A stretch of DNA of 64,000 bases from Phoronis australis (Eukaryota > Animalia > Phoronida). Location of the stretch: positions 1,043,697-1,107,696 of the forward strand of contig NMRA01000006.1 in NCBI GenBank assembly GCA_002633005.1, in the 5' to 3' direction. Of the stretch, positions 35,558-49,611 are shown piece by piece. The position numbers and the translations under genes were made by a program. How positions within the stretch are numbered: position 1 is the stretch's first letter; every line of letters starts with the position of its first letter. The notes beneath the pieces are model-generated. The model was not told where the DNA came from. It made no database searches and saw only the letters and a program-made list of their open reading frames with translations.

Positions 35558-38500
35558 ATAATTTCTTTTTCCATTTTCAACCTCTGCTTTACTTTCGGAA
35601 ATGTCCAAAAGAGAACTTCAAATGATTATTTTCTGAAAAAAACTCTTATGGAAATGAGGACGCTCTTGTGGAAAGAAGTTACTTTTTGGATAATAAAATG
35701 ATTTCATCGGCTGCCAAAGCATGTTTCGTCACTCCATCAACACAAAAAGAACAGCAATTACCATTAGCAATGGCATATTTGAAACAACATAGCACCTTCC
35801 AGTTCATCGTTGCAAACGAAATGGCTGCAATTCATTCTAAACGCACAAATTATCAGACAAAAATTCGCGATTAAGTAAAAAGCCTGATTTCTTGAGCAGA
35901 TTTTTCTTAATAGTCACTAAGAGCTGTCTAAAATCCGTTTGTGGACATTTCTGCTTGAATGGGCGCTCTTCCGGAACCAATTTTAAATTTGAAAAAATAT
36001 AATTTCTCTTGAAATGAGCGATGTTTTAGGACATTTTTCAGGTCGGTCTTTAAGGGTTGATTTTTGGAAGTTCCCAATAGACTTTTTCACCTGGCCAAAA
36101 GCGGCCATGTCCGGATATCTTGAAGCCTATCTCAGCACAGATGTACTGGTAAACAAACTCATTCTCATCTACTGTTTGTTTACATTACATCTGCATTTGA
36201 GATAACAGACAAAATCGCAATCGACAAGAATAATGATGCATGACGAAGACAAAAACAGTATAAATAATCAGACACTCGTTACAAGTCGCCAAAAATGTCA
36301 ACCATGAGATATCACGAAACATAGCTTATAATTAGTCTATACATGTATTTGGAATCGGTTAAATGAATCTATGATCTGCATTTTCTCAAAAATATGGAAT
36401 TGAGCAACCCTGTCGGCCGGTCGTGCAACTCTGTCGGCCGGGCTGTGCAACCCAGATTAAGAGGGGGAAAACTGGAATGGGAAATCATAATTTTGCTTGG
36501 TGTAAAATTCGGCAATAGCTACTTACAGGGGTCCTGCATTTTGAGAACAAGCTTGATATCTCTTATGTAGTAGAGAAAACTGGTTCTTAAAACATAGGAC
36601 CCCTGTAAGTGTCTTTTATCGAAACAAACAACAAACAATCTTTTGTCGAGAATCCGAGCAACGATCTCACAAACAGCTTGAATCTAGGCTTTCTATACAC
36701 GCACAGGGGATTACAAAACTGAAATCCCTGGACTCCAGGAAGGAGTACAAGGTACATGCATGATTCGAGCAGACTTTTTCTAGATGAGGTCATGTTTTAA
36801 ATGTAGACACACGGATATTTCCGTGCTTCATAAATTTATAAGTTCATAAAACTTGCAGTAGGGTCAGAAGCAGTTTCGCGTCGAGATCAGCGTTGATGCA
36901 GAGAACATAAATGAGATGGGTGTCCATCTTCGTCCTGAGGAGGTTTGCCTATCATATGTGTGACTTCTCATATCATAATGCCAAGGACATATCACATCAT
37001 TCTGTTTAGTTGTCAACATTGAATTCTAAACCAAAGATGTTTGGGGTTTAAAAACACACACGCTCAGCAGTGGCCGAATGATGCGCAAACTACTCAAGTC
37101 TCTGCCACTCCTTGATGCGACTAAAGAAGACATAGTACGAAATCCAGTAGATGTTGGACACCCTTGACAAAGAGCGCATCGCTCGTTACGTGGGCATATT
37201 TTAATATATTTTAGTACCGACGCTCGTCGTTTTAGTTTTACTAGTTTTACTATTGAAAAGTGCGAACAGCGTTTTGACATTAATTGTTCAAAAATACTTA
37301 TTATTAGAATCTGATTAAAAATAAGGCACAGCGTTCATGGCGGTACAGGCTACGAACACAATTTTTGTTAATGTCTCTTCAAATTTTACGTTGAAGTGTT
37401 CGTTTTACTGTTGATTCTGGCTGGAAAACACGCAAAATATATTATACGTCGAATAACTCGAGTCTTTTACGCAACTCCGTATACAAATATCGTGACTACG
37501 CCCTTCGATAATCAAGAGAAATAAAAAAACCCACTCTACCGGTAATACTTCAGTTCCACTTTAAACTTAGTGTATACGACAGTGACGTTGCTAGGATACA
37601 AAAATCACAAATTTTGCCCGTTTTGACCCTTTAGTCTTAAAAGCATTTTTACGTATGAAATTGAAAAACAACATTTTTGAAGTATCAAAAACAGATGCAT
37701 TGCGTACAATGTCGGGGAGAAAAGGTGTACATAGGTATTTAAAAGTTGGTGGCATTTGAGTCGAAGCTCAAAACAATAAACACACGCCCAACTAATGACA
37801 CACTTTTCTGAACACCAACGTCCAACGCGCATAGAAAATGTTTGTGTAATATTTGATTTTAATGAAAAACTTTTTGATTTGTGCATTTTTAGCATTTGAT
37901 TTAGCCATGATTCGTTTCAAACTCCTGGACTGAGAGTTTGAGGCTGTGGCAACTGCTCACTGCTTTATCGCACGACAATGGCAGCGTAGACAACGACCCT
38001 TTCTCACGTTCCACGTGAGCAATTCTCATTAATGCCTTATTCCTTTTCTCATGAATTCAATTCTTTTGTTGTGAACTGCTGTTGTTTTCTCATAAAATGC
38101 CACTCATTTCTCTAGAATTCAGTTCTTTTCTCATTAATCGTCTCGTTTAACAAAATGTATGAGATACATATAGGACGTATTTACCTGTATCTAATTTGTC
38201 TATAAACTACATCTGGGGACTTATCCCGTTCATGAGAACTATATTCGCGCGAACAGAGTTATACGCATAGGAGAAAAGAAACTGAAATGGGTTGGTATCC
38301 GAAGCAGGAGAAAAAAATGAGCACGTTTTTTTGAGTTCAAGTTAAAGTCATTAACCTTTGAAATGAAACAGACCACATATTAACACGAATAAATTTGGAA
38401 AACTAATTTGGTCCTTAACGCGTTTCACCTGAGACCAGCAGATGCCAAAAACGGTGACCAAAATGCTAAAATTGCCACTGAATGCGATGGTGGACACCTA

Positions 38501-39067
38501 GAAAATACACAGGTGGTAGAAGTGTGTGCGACAAATTTCATAACTTCTTAAGAACTTTTTGAATGGGATTCCAAAACCTAAAACTCATCTATAGGGAGTC
38601 AGTTGCAAAATTTTCTTGGAAATCAACGTCGACCGTTTTCGTCATGATAGAAACGTATTTGTTATGTTTCATGGCCTCTAAAGAACGTCAAAGTTGGTTA
38701 AACACAAATGGGGCAAAATTTACCGAAATTTGGCGCTCTACCAAAAGTTAACCGTGGCCTCTTTGAAAATGTGAAATCCTTATTTTTTTCGATAGAGAAG
38801 TTCAATGTCTACTTATGCATCCTGATTTTTTATTCTCTATTGTGCGATACCGTTTACAATCTATTTAGATACTGAATCTAACCCAGGCGAATATCACTAA
38901 CAGTCTGGGGAGCCATAATATTTGCTCCAAAAACCTGAAATAAATGTTGAACACGTCTCGCCAAATATATCAATGGTCAGTAGATTTTTTTTTTGAAGAT
39001 ACGAGTCGCAGTGACCCTAGGGTCAACCTTTTGATGTTCTCGTGGACTGACACTTAGGGATATGTAC

Positions 39068-41516
39068 GACCTAAAACTTCCAATTTTGGCAACTTCGAAA
39101 CATCTTAAAATGGCTGACCGGATTCACACGAAAGCGTTCCGATGTAGTTCTATGGTTTATACACTGTTTTCCAAAACGCTGTTAAAATGTTCCTTTTTTG
39201 CATTAAAAGTACATTATAAAAAAGAACTTGTGAGATTTTATGAATTTTTCCAAGTTTTGCGAAAACGAAACCATAATTAATAAAACTGTCGGTAACAACC
39301 CTTTTGAGATTTTATCTTAAACATTCATATCACACGAAATTTGGTCATGGTGTTATTGATCGTGTTGTGTTACTATGATTGTACCTTTGTGGTTTGCAAA
39401 ATTTTCAAAAAAAACAAGGTCACGTGACCTAATTAAGGGTAGAATGGTGTAAAACCAACTTAAAAATCAAATCCTGAGGAGTTTAATACTTTCACTGAGA
39501 AATGTATATTTTTGCTGAGTTAAATTCTCTAGTTTTGAAGACTGAATGGGCAGACTTGTCTGACCTTTTAACTAAGTTCAAACATCGGCCTCTGCATCCT
39601 CGAAGCCTAACTAAATAGCAAACGTGAAAAAACTCCCCATAAAGTGATTTTAGACTGTCTAGCTGGACAGTCGTCATTACCAAACTGCCGGCAATACTCC
39701 GGGTACCCGAGTACAATACACTGACGTAACCCCCTTTAGCCCAACTGTATTGTATGCCTTCAAGAGACGTTGCGCTACTTTTAGTGAAAACACTATTGAC
39801 CCACGGATAATACCTCTTTATGCACCTCTGTAAAATATCCCTTTCGTCGCTTACCGGACAGTCGTCGTCGATTGGGTGTGGTGATCGAGTCAAAGGTGGA
39901 TTATCGCTTTTCACTGAAGACTTTGCGAAGAGACATTGGTTTCGTTGTTTCAATTCGTTGAAACTTACTAGTGAGCTAAAAACTACAAAGGTATGTTTAA
40001 CAGAGTACGTTTATCTGACACCTGATTTATTTACTCGCCTCAGTTTCGACAGACGTCGGGCGTCCGCCATGTTTTAAAAGTTGGATATAAAATGGACAGG
40101 TCACTACCATGGTTTTACGTTATTGCCTTTCTAATCGACCTCTCTTCTGTTTCTTGAAGAACAACCTTACATTACGGTTGACCAACTATAGTTAAATTCG
40201 TCGTAAGAAACAATGACAACAGACGTCGGGTTAGGGTCTGCTGTGACCCGAAAACCTAGTCACGACCTAGTCGATGACGATGTCAGACTGATGACTTAAC
40301 AACAGGCATGATTCAGGCGGACCGTTTTACAACATCCCCAAGTCGTGTTGCCAATATCTCCTCGTTGGTCTTCACTTAACCGAAATATGGAAACTGTTCC
40401 ACCATTTCGATCATGAACCAGCTCCTAATGAACTAAGACGATTAAATTACGCCCACATAATGTATTTTATGTAAAGTCACGGCGGCTCAACTATCAATTC
40501 GATATCATTCCGTCACTAGTTCTGATTGGAGTTAGAAGACTGAGTAATTTCAAGGAAACTTTGAGATTTCCAGCTATCCGGACAAATTTCACATTTTATC
40601 GAACACCACAAGTAACAGCTTGGAAGTGGCGTCACATTGACTCTATAGTGTAGCCAAATGAAACATTGCTGGGGGCCGGTCGGGGTTATTAAGATCTGAC
40701 ATCAGCTACATAAATTGATTTTGTAAATCAACTGGTACAGCCGACTTCCTCCCCCATGAACCGCACTAGCGTTCTTTCTTGTGAACGCATTCTTTTTCTT
40801 TCTTGAGCTGCATGTAATTTCTCATGTACTGCAATTCATTTTTACAAACACAGCTTTTCCCGTGAACCACTAAATCTGTTCGTTCTCTAACAGGAGGCAC
40901 GTACTTGGTGCTGTACTAAAGCTGTATGTAGGCCTACACTATAATGTGAGATAATGTGAGAACAAGCATTCCTTTGTGAACAAAGAAAACACATCAACTT
41001 CGCAGGGAAAACGTCACAGGTTATTACAGGACTTTATCGACATATTTGTGTATTTATCCAAATATCTTCAAAACTTAGCAACAGTGTAAATTTTCTAAAA
41101 GCAGAAATTCTGCAGAATTTGATTTTGCCAATAATTACCATAGGTCACGTGCCTTGCTTCTCTTTGGAAAATTTAGTGAAAAGGAAAGGTTGAACAGGAC
41201 TCGGATCAATAACATGACCAAATTTAGTATGATAAAATGTTTAAGCTAAAATCTCAAAAATGCTGTTTCAGTTTCCTAAATGATCGTTTCGTTTTCATTT
41301 TATGCAACTTGAATTTTTATTCATAAAAGTCATATAAGTCCTATGTGTTTGATAGCCCCTCATGCAAAAATGGAACATTTTGAATATAATTCCTAACAGC
41401 GTTTTGTAAAACAGTGCATAAAGCATAGCATCTGAAAGTTTTGCCTGTGAATCCGATCAGCCATTTCTGAGATACGATGTTTCAGAGTTTGCCAAAATGG
41501 AAATTTTTCTAGGGTC
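39068..41516. mobile_element. Old DNA transposon with degenerate terminal inverted repeats of about 400 bp
   Basis: 39068-39435 is the approximate reverse complement of about 41140-41516, e.g. AAATGGCTGACCGGATTCACA vs TGTGAATCCGATCAGCCATTT, CAAAACGCTGTTA vs TAACAGCGTTTTG, CACGTGACCTA vs TAGGTCACGTG. Confidence 0.65.
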
Positions 41517-41699
41517 CCAATTTGAGGATGGTGCAAAAAGGCAATGCAACGCCGGAGAAAACAGTTGTGCTGTGAAAAGAACAGTTACTTAGAACGCTCA
41601 TGCAGAGGAAAACCGGCACTTGCTACCCTACGTTGGTTTATTTTTGTCGCACAACTCGCTGCCGACTAAACTGATCCCTTCGTTTGTTGCAGGGACACG

Positions 41700-41870
41700 A
41701 TGAATCACGCCGAAGATGGTCTTAAAAAGGAAAAAGCGAGCCAAAATATCTACATCCCAATCTGCGTCTTCCTCTTTGTCGCTTGTGTAGCGCTAGCCGT
41801 CTCGCTTGGGGTTCTTTACAAGGACAGTCAAGACTCGCTACGAGAGGCATTGCGTAACTGTCCCAAGTAA
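41700..41870 (+). CDS. 56-aa single-pass microprotein paralogous to the membrane anchor of the amine oxidase-like protein
   Basis: MNHAEDGLKKEKASQNIYIPICVFLFVACVALAVSLGVLYKDSQDSLREALRNCPK*. 18/25 identical to NIYVPICVFLAVAAIALAITVGVLY; TTGCAG acceptor 7 nt before the ATG. Could instead be a truncated pseudogene or a first exon. Confidence 0.55.
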   Translation: MNHAEDGLKKEKASQNIYIPICVFLFVACVALAVSLGVLYKDSQDSLREALRNCPK

Positions 41871-43619
41871 CAATGCGCCTAGAACCAGGATGACTATTTG
41901 CTACAGTGGAGGCCTCAACTAACGATGGACAATAATGATCACTTTGTTTCTTTTGATCGCCGGAAACTGGCGAAGCACATGTATTGTGATTAACTAGAAA
42001 CTTATAAACTGGTGTTTACTCTGATTAGACCTGTACCCCGGGCTTGTATGACAGTTTTTAAAACAACCTCTAAAAGTTTATTAACAAAAATTGTCATTAA
42101 ATCGGGTTCCCTTTTATCTGTTGATTTTTACAGACTTTGATTGGTATTTCAGCAACTTCAGTATAATTTCAACTCGTTGACACGCTTCCCTATTCCGCTC
42201 AGGAAATAGATTGAACATGATTTCCCTGTGCGCTTGCATTACGTTACGTAAGATGTAGAGTACGAGAAATTTTCTTATAAGAATTTTAACACAAGTGTTA
42301 ATCTATGTTATTTCAAACACAATGTAATAGATTAGTAGATCATGATTAAAAGTTAATTCATAAGATATTATATTGCGTCTGTTGTTATCTCATTACACCT
42401 AAAGTCCATAAGTGTGACCAGGGGCCCGATCTAATCTTTATACTCGAAATCGCACTCATTTTTGACACATTCGGTTCTCGACTTTAAGAAACTCAAGATA
42501 ATTGTCTATTATTCCGTGTTCAAGTGTATTGTGGTTTACTTGGATCATTTACTAATCCTAGGTTGCCCTTGAAATTTCGAGTTTGAAGTCGAATTGGTAG
42601 TTCGAATGTAGGAGTCACCCACTTGAACCAGAAACTTAATCCACGTAAACTAATATAGACCAATCGGCTAAATGAGCTCATTGTGTCTTACATATAGCAG
42701 TTACTAATGTGTTGTTGAATGAGGTTACCATAAATACTCTGTTTATAGACCCAATTCTTCAATGGCAAACATACTTTGTAAGCTTGACAACAGTAACCTC
42801 CATTATTCTTTGACCACTCGGTTGTCTTTCGTAATTTCCGAGTATCCATCATATTGCACAAGAGTCGGGCAGCCGAGTTCTTCAGTCCGTTCGCGAGCCT
42901 TGGACTCGTATATCTAAAAAATTTACCGGTATTCCATGTGCTTAGACAAACGGCGATCGAAAACCATGCACTCTGTACATCAGAAAAGATTAGGAAAGTT
43001 GTCTCCACTTCGAAATGCTGAGGAGTGATGAAGCTACACTGAAACAAAAACGAAGTTAATCATTGTTATTACTTTATTGAGTTTGTTTGAAACAAGTGTT
43101 TCGAACATCACTTGACAATTTATACACAAAAAGAGAAGTTCTAGAGTATTTTTCGAGAAAAAAAGACAAAGCAATTTCTGATGTAATTACGGATGGTCAC
43201 CTAAAATACGCAGAAACGTATGTGAAAGAAAGGGTAGGACCTACACAACACGAAACCGATCTCAATGACTTGTAGGGGCACTGGATGAATTTCGTCGAAT
43301 AATTTTTCTACGTACCCTTTAAAATGATGCATCAGTATAATAGCGGACAAAAGCCCGTTATGGGAATATGTTGGCCTAATAGTTGGCAAAGGGCGTGACT
43401 AGTAATCCAGGGTAAATTTCATATTTTTGTCACTGCTACGCCGACAAAAGACGAGTGTAATCTGGAATGATAAACATTATTGGAGTGGGGCACAAACTAA
43501 TTTATCTTCACCAAATCTTTGGTCCCGCTCTACTTTCAGATTTTCCCTTCATTTACCGTCCCCAAGCCGTCGCCAAATTTGTAACCCTGATACAGCACTG
43601 CGATCTTTACAGTTTTGGG

Positions 43620-43712
43620 AGAAAACCCTCAGAGAGGTAGTCACCAGAAACCCTTGAGAGATGTAGTCACCCGCAGAAACCCTGAGAGGGGTAGTCAACT
43701 AGTCACCAGAAA
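43620..43712. repeat. Degenerate tandem repeat of about 28 bp (AGAAACCCTGAGAGAGGTAGTCACC) x3
   Basis: Directly visible. Confidence 0.7.
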
Positions 43713-45855
43713 CTTGGCAACCGGTCTTTTAACAATGATTTCGCGAGAGACCAGAAGTGCGTAACGCACTTTATTATGGTACCAAAAAGATATACTGGCA
43801 AAGTCATTACTTTGGTTGCGTCAAACTCATTATCGTAAGAAACTCCAACCTGGGGCTGGCAAAATCCAAAGAAATACGCCGAGGAGAAAACTAAAGTAGG
43901 GCATATTATGATTTGATGGCATGATGAAAGGGTGCATTGCCAGGGTTCCCGGTTGATAACACTGCCTTAGAAGCATTTCAAAATCTCTTCAACACAGATA
44001 CATTGTACCAGAGTTTCTGCTACCAATGGCAGAACTTCTTCAACTAGCGTAAACTCATTGAAAATCAATTTTCTGCACGTGTAACTACAGCTTGGCAAAA
44101 ATATCAAGTGCACATCGCTATCAGGGGGTCGGATGACAGATTTTCCCTCAAAATTTCAGCCTGCATCAAAGTTCATTGAAGCATCATGATTTTCATTGTC
44201 AACAGAATATGCAAATCAGAAATCAATGAATCCCAGGAGGTTACCGCACAGAAGAAAATAGTATTGACATGTTGGGCCGTCACTTGGCACCAAAGGCACA
44301 CACGCGGTTTGATTTAACTGTAGGTTGTTGTTTAGTTGCGTAAGTTATTGCATGCAATTTTTCGGCAATTCCCGAAGGCATGCGCACAGGAAATTGGCGT
44401 GAAACAATTAAGGGAAACAGTGCATCTGACGGGAGATTTGAGGGCCCTCCTCTATTTCAGAATTTAATCGTGTTAACGTGAATTCTGGTTCATTCCAACG
44501 GTAGCATTTTACGGCTTGTCCTTTTGAAATCGCAGACATCTTTGATTACGATTGCCAGTGCATACTTTGTCACACGTGGGCCAAGACGGTCATCAAAAAT
44601 CCCCAATCGACAGTCAGGCTTAGTAGTCGACACGTGACAGTTTCACCACTTTTCACAACATTGTTTTTCTAATAACGACATTCAAAAGAAATGCGGTTCT
44701 TAGAAATCGTCTCGATATTTCAGAACTATGAAACCATGGGGATTATTGTCTTCTATAATTCACAAACAATGGCCTCTAGGTGTTTAACTGAACTTCAATC
44801 CTCAGAAGGTAGTCAATAATGCTATCAGTGTTATTTGATAAAATCTCACTTTTTTTCGTTTGACACACCTACGTCTCACTATGGCTCCTACAATTTACAA
44901 GTATTGGGAACTTTGCGTCTTAAATTCAGTAAAAGTTCACTGCCCTAAATAATTTGATGGCTTCCTTATTGCCAAATGTCGAGTGATAGACCTCATTAAC
45001 TGAGTAATCGAGGGATTAGTTTTCACATGTTCATTTTTGGACTGAATCCATTTTTGTAGCCCAAACATGGGGATATAATTCAACATAAATATTGTTATTT
45101 TTGTCATTAAACAAACAGGAACTTTTCCAGATACGCTAATATTTGCACGTGAGTAGCCTACAAGAAAATAATTAGGTAATAGAATGAAATGTCGACTATG
45201 CGTGTGCTGCCGGCCGGAGCGTTGTCCTGGCAGAGCTGTTCGTGACGAATGTGTGATGGGCAGCGGAAAGTAAAAAAAAAAAAATTAAAAAAACATTTTG
45301 ATATAAAAATCGCACACAATTGTTTAAATGTACTGAATCTTATAAATAACATATAATTGTAAAGTACGATTGTTTTTTTTTTTGCACTAGCGTGTAGTTG
45401 GTCCCTCTCGGACCACGATTTAATTAACTTTTGCTGATCAGTTTGTGAATATGTTGTATATGTGTGGAAGACAAAAAAACTGTCACTGGATAACGAGATT
45501 CGTGGGTACTTGTAGCAAATCAATAGCAACGCCCCTGGCCAGCAAAAAATACATCGGGCAAAAATGTTCCGTTCAACTCAAATGTCATTGCAGTTGGTGG
45601 AGCGTCATCTTTTGACAGATGAAGAAACTAATGATCCCCACCCTATACCTTAGTATATAATGTTTTCAAACATTAGTGTTATTTCCGATAAATTTCACAA
45701 GTAGCTGATTTATTTATGACAAAATCTATCTTTTTATTGACCAAAAACATTTTGTGGAAATTCATATGCCCTCAATTGAGCAGTTACTTTGAAAATAGAC
45801 GAACGTTGAAAACAAGGTAAATTGACAGCCATATTGGTTTTCAAAACTATTCAAA

Positions 45856-45982
45856 ATGGCGAAGAAAACGTACGACTTACTATTCAAGCTATTGTTAATA
45901 GGCGATTCTGGAGTTGGCAAGACATGCTTGTTGTTCAGATTTTCTGACGATGCCTTCAACACAACATTTATCTCCACAATAG
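45856..45982 (+). CDS. RAB10: Rab10 GTPase, exon 1
   Basis: [43 protein letters not shown] (P-loop, Rab10-type N-terminus); G|GTATGG donor; 127 nt. Confidence 0.95.
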
Positions 45983-47908
45983 GTATGGTTTCATCAAAAT
46001 TCTTTGGGTTAATGATTTACGTCAGCAGAATGAAAATCATTGAAATTGAAATCTGACTGTCAAGTTGATGACTCATAACCAACTGATAACAAACAATGTA
46101 TTCCATTGGTGAATCGCAACTCTGTACTGACTGTAGTTACTGCATTTTGCACATCCTACGAATTTGACTTATTTTTGTGTGACCAAATGTTTCTTTTCGA
46201 GAGTGCACTAAAAGTAAAAGTAAAGATTCAATCAATGAATTAAAAACCGGAAGCGATACCTTGAACCGTCTTTCAGTTTCGTAACATCATATAGAACAAG
46301 ATTTCATGGCTGCCTCAGGCGTCAAGACCCCATTGGCTCATGTTATGTGGGATTTTTGTTGGCTGGATTGCTTTGCAGCACATAATTTTCTTAGTTTCAT
46401 ATTTTGAAATCTCAGTTCAAAATACTGAAAGAGAAATAGTCGACACTGACAGTGTCTCTTTTTGTTACAATATTCGATTTCCAAGTCTCCATCCTTCCTG
46501 TCTCTTACGTTGTTTGGTCTTCCTTGTTTTAACCGACTGGTTTGTAGTGTGATAAGTTATGAATTTCCTTTTTGTACTCTCGTGCTTAGTGCTTAAACTA
46601 GTTATCTAGTTGACCCACCAGCACACTACTGCCAGTACTGGCGATCGCCATCTATGGGCACTCAGTAGGATGTTGACTATACTCTTTGGTAATTTTCCAT
46701 GAACCAACGATAATGTTTAAGTGAAAACCATAGAACCCTGCACACTTGCAAGTCAGTGAAGTGTGCAGTTTTTTGATATTGTTTACAATTAGCAGTTGAA
46801 ATTGAGTCCACTTCTTGAACTGGCGCGAATTTTCCTGGCCACGTACTAAAAAAATCCTTAGTAATTGTTTACAATATGATGACATTGACCTACACACATG
46901 ATTTTGGTTTTGTTCGATTCCTCGCAACGTTATCTTTCCAAAAATGTACGGAAATTTCTCGTACCCCGTTCCCTTAGTATTTTATCGTGGTCGCACTATT
47001 TCCCGGTACTCGGTAGTCATACTGCCATGTTGAATGGAAGGAGTCACCTGGCAGTCAAAAACTAAACTAATCTACTAACACCTATATTTTGCAGAGCGTC
47101 GCTTTTCATGGGTTCAAACTGTCCGAGACCTGTCAATCCCCGGCGCGAGCTACTGTCCCAAGGGTTCGAATTCGATCCTATAGTGACCTTGGCACGCATC
47201 TGCTAGCCAGATTCCATAAAAACCGGAGGTTGTTTTTGAGGTCCAAATTGGTGAAAAGGGTATCACTTTCAGGGAAAAGTGGTCAAATAATCACAATTTT
47301 TGAAAAAGTTGGGAAAAGGGTGAAATGCTGCCCCTTGTTCCTCCATGTTAAGTCATTAAAACTCGCGGGCAAAGACCATTCAGTGTCGATGATGCTGTTT
47401 CATTCATAAGCAACAGGTGTCGCTTTAATCTTGAGTTGAGCAAACATGGCGGTGTCAATTGGGAAATAATGTGAACAGAAATTCGACGATAGAATACTGA
47501 GGAAGCGTGGTAAGGGGCACATTCATATATTTTTGGAAAGATAACGTTGCGAGGAATCGAATGATGCACAAATCATACGTGTCATATTGTAAACAATTAC
47601 CAAATCCTCATTTTGGTCAACTGATGTGCATAATTTGCATGTTTATGATATAACACTGGATGACTGGAACGCAAGTTTTGTCAACATATCACCTAAGTCG
47701 ATCTAAAATTTATTGGTACGATTGTTCTTATTTGTGCACTCAGGCTTTCAGATTCAGATAAGTCATGTTTTGCCATACGTGGTCTGGTAGACAGTGACTA
47801 CCATCCTAGCTGGCAGTAGAGACGGTGAAGCTCCTATAGGCGCTTCATATACTGGAAGCTTTTTGGCAAATTTTGTCTCATATTGATTAAAATATTAAGG
47901 TCATATTG

Positions 47909-48245
47909 CTATAAGTACCTTTTCCGCAAAGAGGGACACCTTAGGAGGCTGTCTATTTCTTTAATTCCTTCCTACTCGAACAAATACTCCTGTAATCAAA
48001 CTCCCTCCTGCTGTTGCCCAAATCGGCAACTGGCCATTTTAACAACTCGAGTCGTGCGCTCCTATTTTAACGCACCCACCAGGAGCACGCGAATTGTTAA
48101 AATAGCCAGTTACCGATTTGGGGAATTGAAGGTAGGACTGCTTGAAGAAAAAGTTTGGTTACGGGAGTATCTGTTCGAGTTGGAAGGAATTAAAGACATT
48201 GACAGCCTTCTTAGGTGTCCCTCTATGCGCACAAGGCACTTGTAG
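47909..48245. mobile_element. Foldback/palindromic MITE in Rab10 intron 1
   Basis: Left arm CTATAAGTACC..GAGGGACACC..AATTCCTTCC..CCCAAATCGGCAACTGGCCATTTTAACAA mirrors the right arm TTGTTAAAATAGCCAGTTACCGATTTGGG..GGAAGGAATT..GGTGTCCCTC..GGCACTTGTAG. Confidence 0.8.
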
Positions 48246-49550
48246 AAACGTTTTTAACTGTTCACCGCAGTGACTAAGCTCAGTCTAAGAGGAATAGGGG
48301 GATACTTTGATGCAATGCTCTATTGTTAACTAGTATGTCCAGGATTCGAGCTCTGGGTGCCTCATATGGGAGTTAATAGCTGCATCCCGTGTGTGTGATT
48401 ATGTGTGCATGTGTATATATGTGTCCTGTGCTACATGTGTTTGGTACAAGGATTGAAAAATTCTGCAACAAATTTCAGATATTCGTGAAATTTGCGTACG
48501 TCTGACATGCATATCCGTAGGATTTTCGCTTAAGTTCGATGCAGAGTTACATGGTAGGATTGTTTTGAGTTCAAACTTTAGTCCGTAAGATAAGCTGGAT
48601 TTCGACTTACTGGGATTTCCTTTGGTCCTGTTGGATCTGACTTTTGCTTTAGTGTATGGAGTATTTGGGAAATGGGGCCTTTTATTTTTCTTTTGTTTAA
48701 TGTTTGTTTAACAAACGTCTTCAGTTTTTTTTTTGGAAAATAGGTGCAAAACACAATAATGCATTGCTTATGGAGGATTTATTCAAATTTTGGGTAGCCC
48801 TCAGCTCCAAGTACTTGTACTAACTTGATTCAAAAAGTAAATTCGAAGAATCATGTTCTAAACGTTGAACTTTAAAATATTCCAACACAATGGCCTGAAG
48901 TGATGGTTCCATTTCACATTTAGCAACATATTCAAGGGAGCTCTAACTTATCAGAAATATGTAACAGACAAATGATTACTTTTCACATAAATGATTTTGC
49001 TGTGTGTTCAAAATTAACTAAAATTGTATTCTCCTTAACTAAAATTGTATTCTCCTTTTGACATACAGATTAAGATGTTATTTTGTCAGGTAACTGTTGC
49101 CTCTGAAGCTTATCATTCAGTCATATGATGGACTTACTTATCATGTCATCATAGTTTAGCCATATCAACTGTGCTGCGATATCACAAATATTAGTTTTAT
49201 CAACAAATTTGCTGTGTAATTCAACTGTCAAATTGTTTAAATATCCTTTACAATGAAATAAATATGATTTTATTTTTAAGTGTGTTTTAATTTTATTTTA
49301 TAGAACTGAGGCCGCTGTGAATATCTTTTATGTTCAGTGTTCAGTTTTAATTTTCTGCTATTTTTAATTATAACATAAGATTATCATTGTTTTGTTGTCT
49401 TGATATAACCAATGGGAGTAATGATTGGTTTACTTTTTACGGGAAAAAAATGAAAGTGATTTTCCTTTCAGATAGAGATCAGAAAATTGCAAACCATAAT
49501 ATTTAACCTTTGCTTCAGACTCTTTATTTATAATTCAAATGTTTTTACAG

Positions 49551-49611
49551 GAATTGACTTCAAAATCAAGACAGTTGAACTAGGAGGGAAGAAAATAAAG
49601 TTACAGATATG
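49551..49611 (+). CDS. RAB10: Rab10, exon 2 ([20 protein letters not shown])
   Basis: TTTACAG acceptor and TG|GTAAGT donor; 61 nt; in phase. Confidence 0.95.

Noticed and set aside
42688-43275. ORFs 42688-43047 (-) and 43087-43275 (+) as a gene or as downstream exons of the microprotein
   Set aside because: No recognisable motifs and no phase-consistent exon chain could be built.
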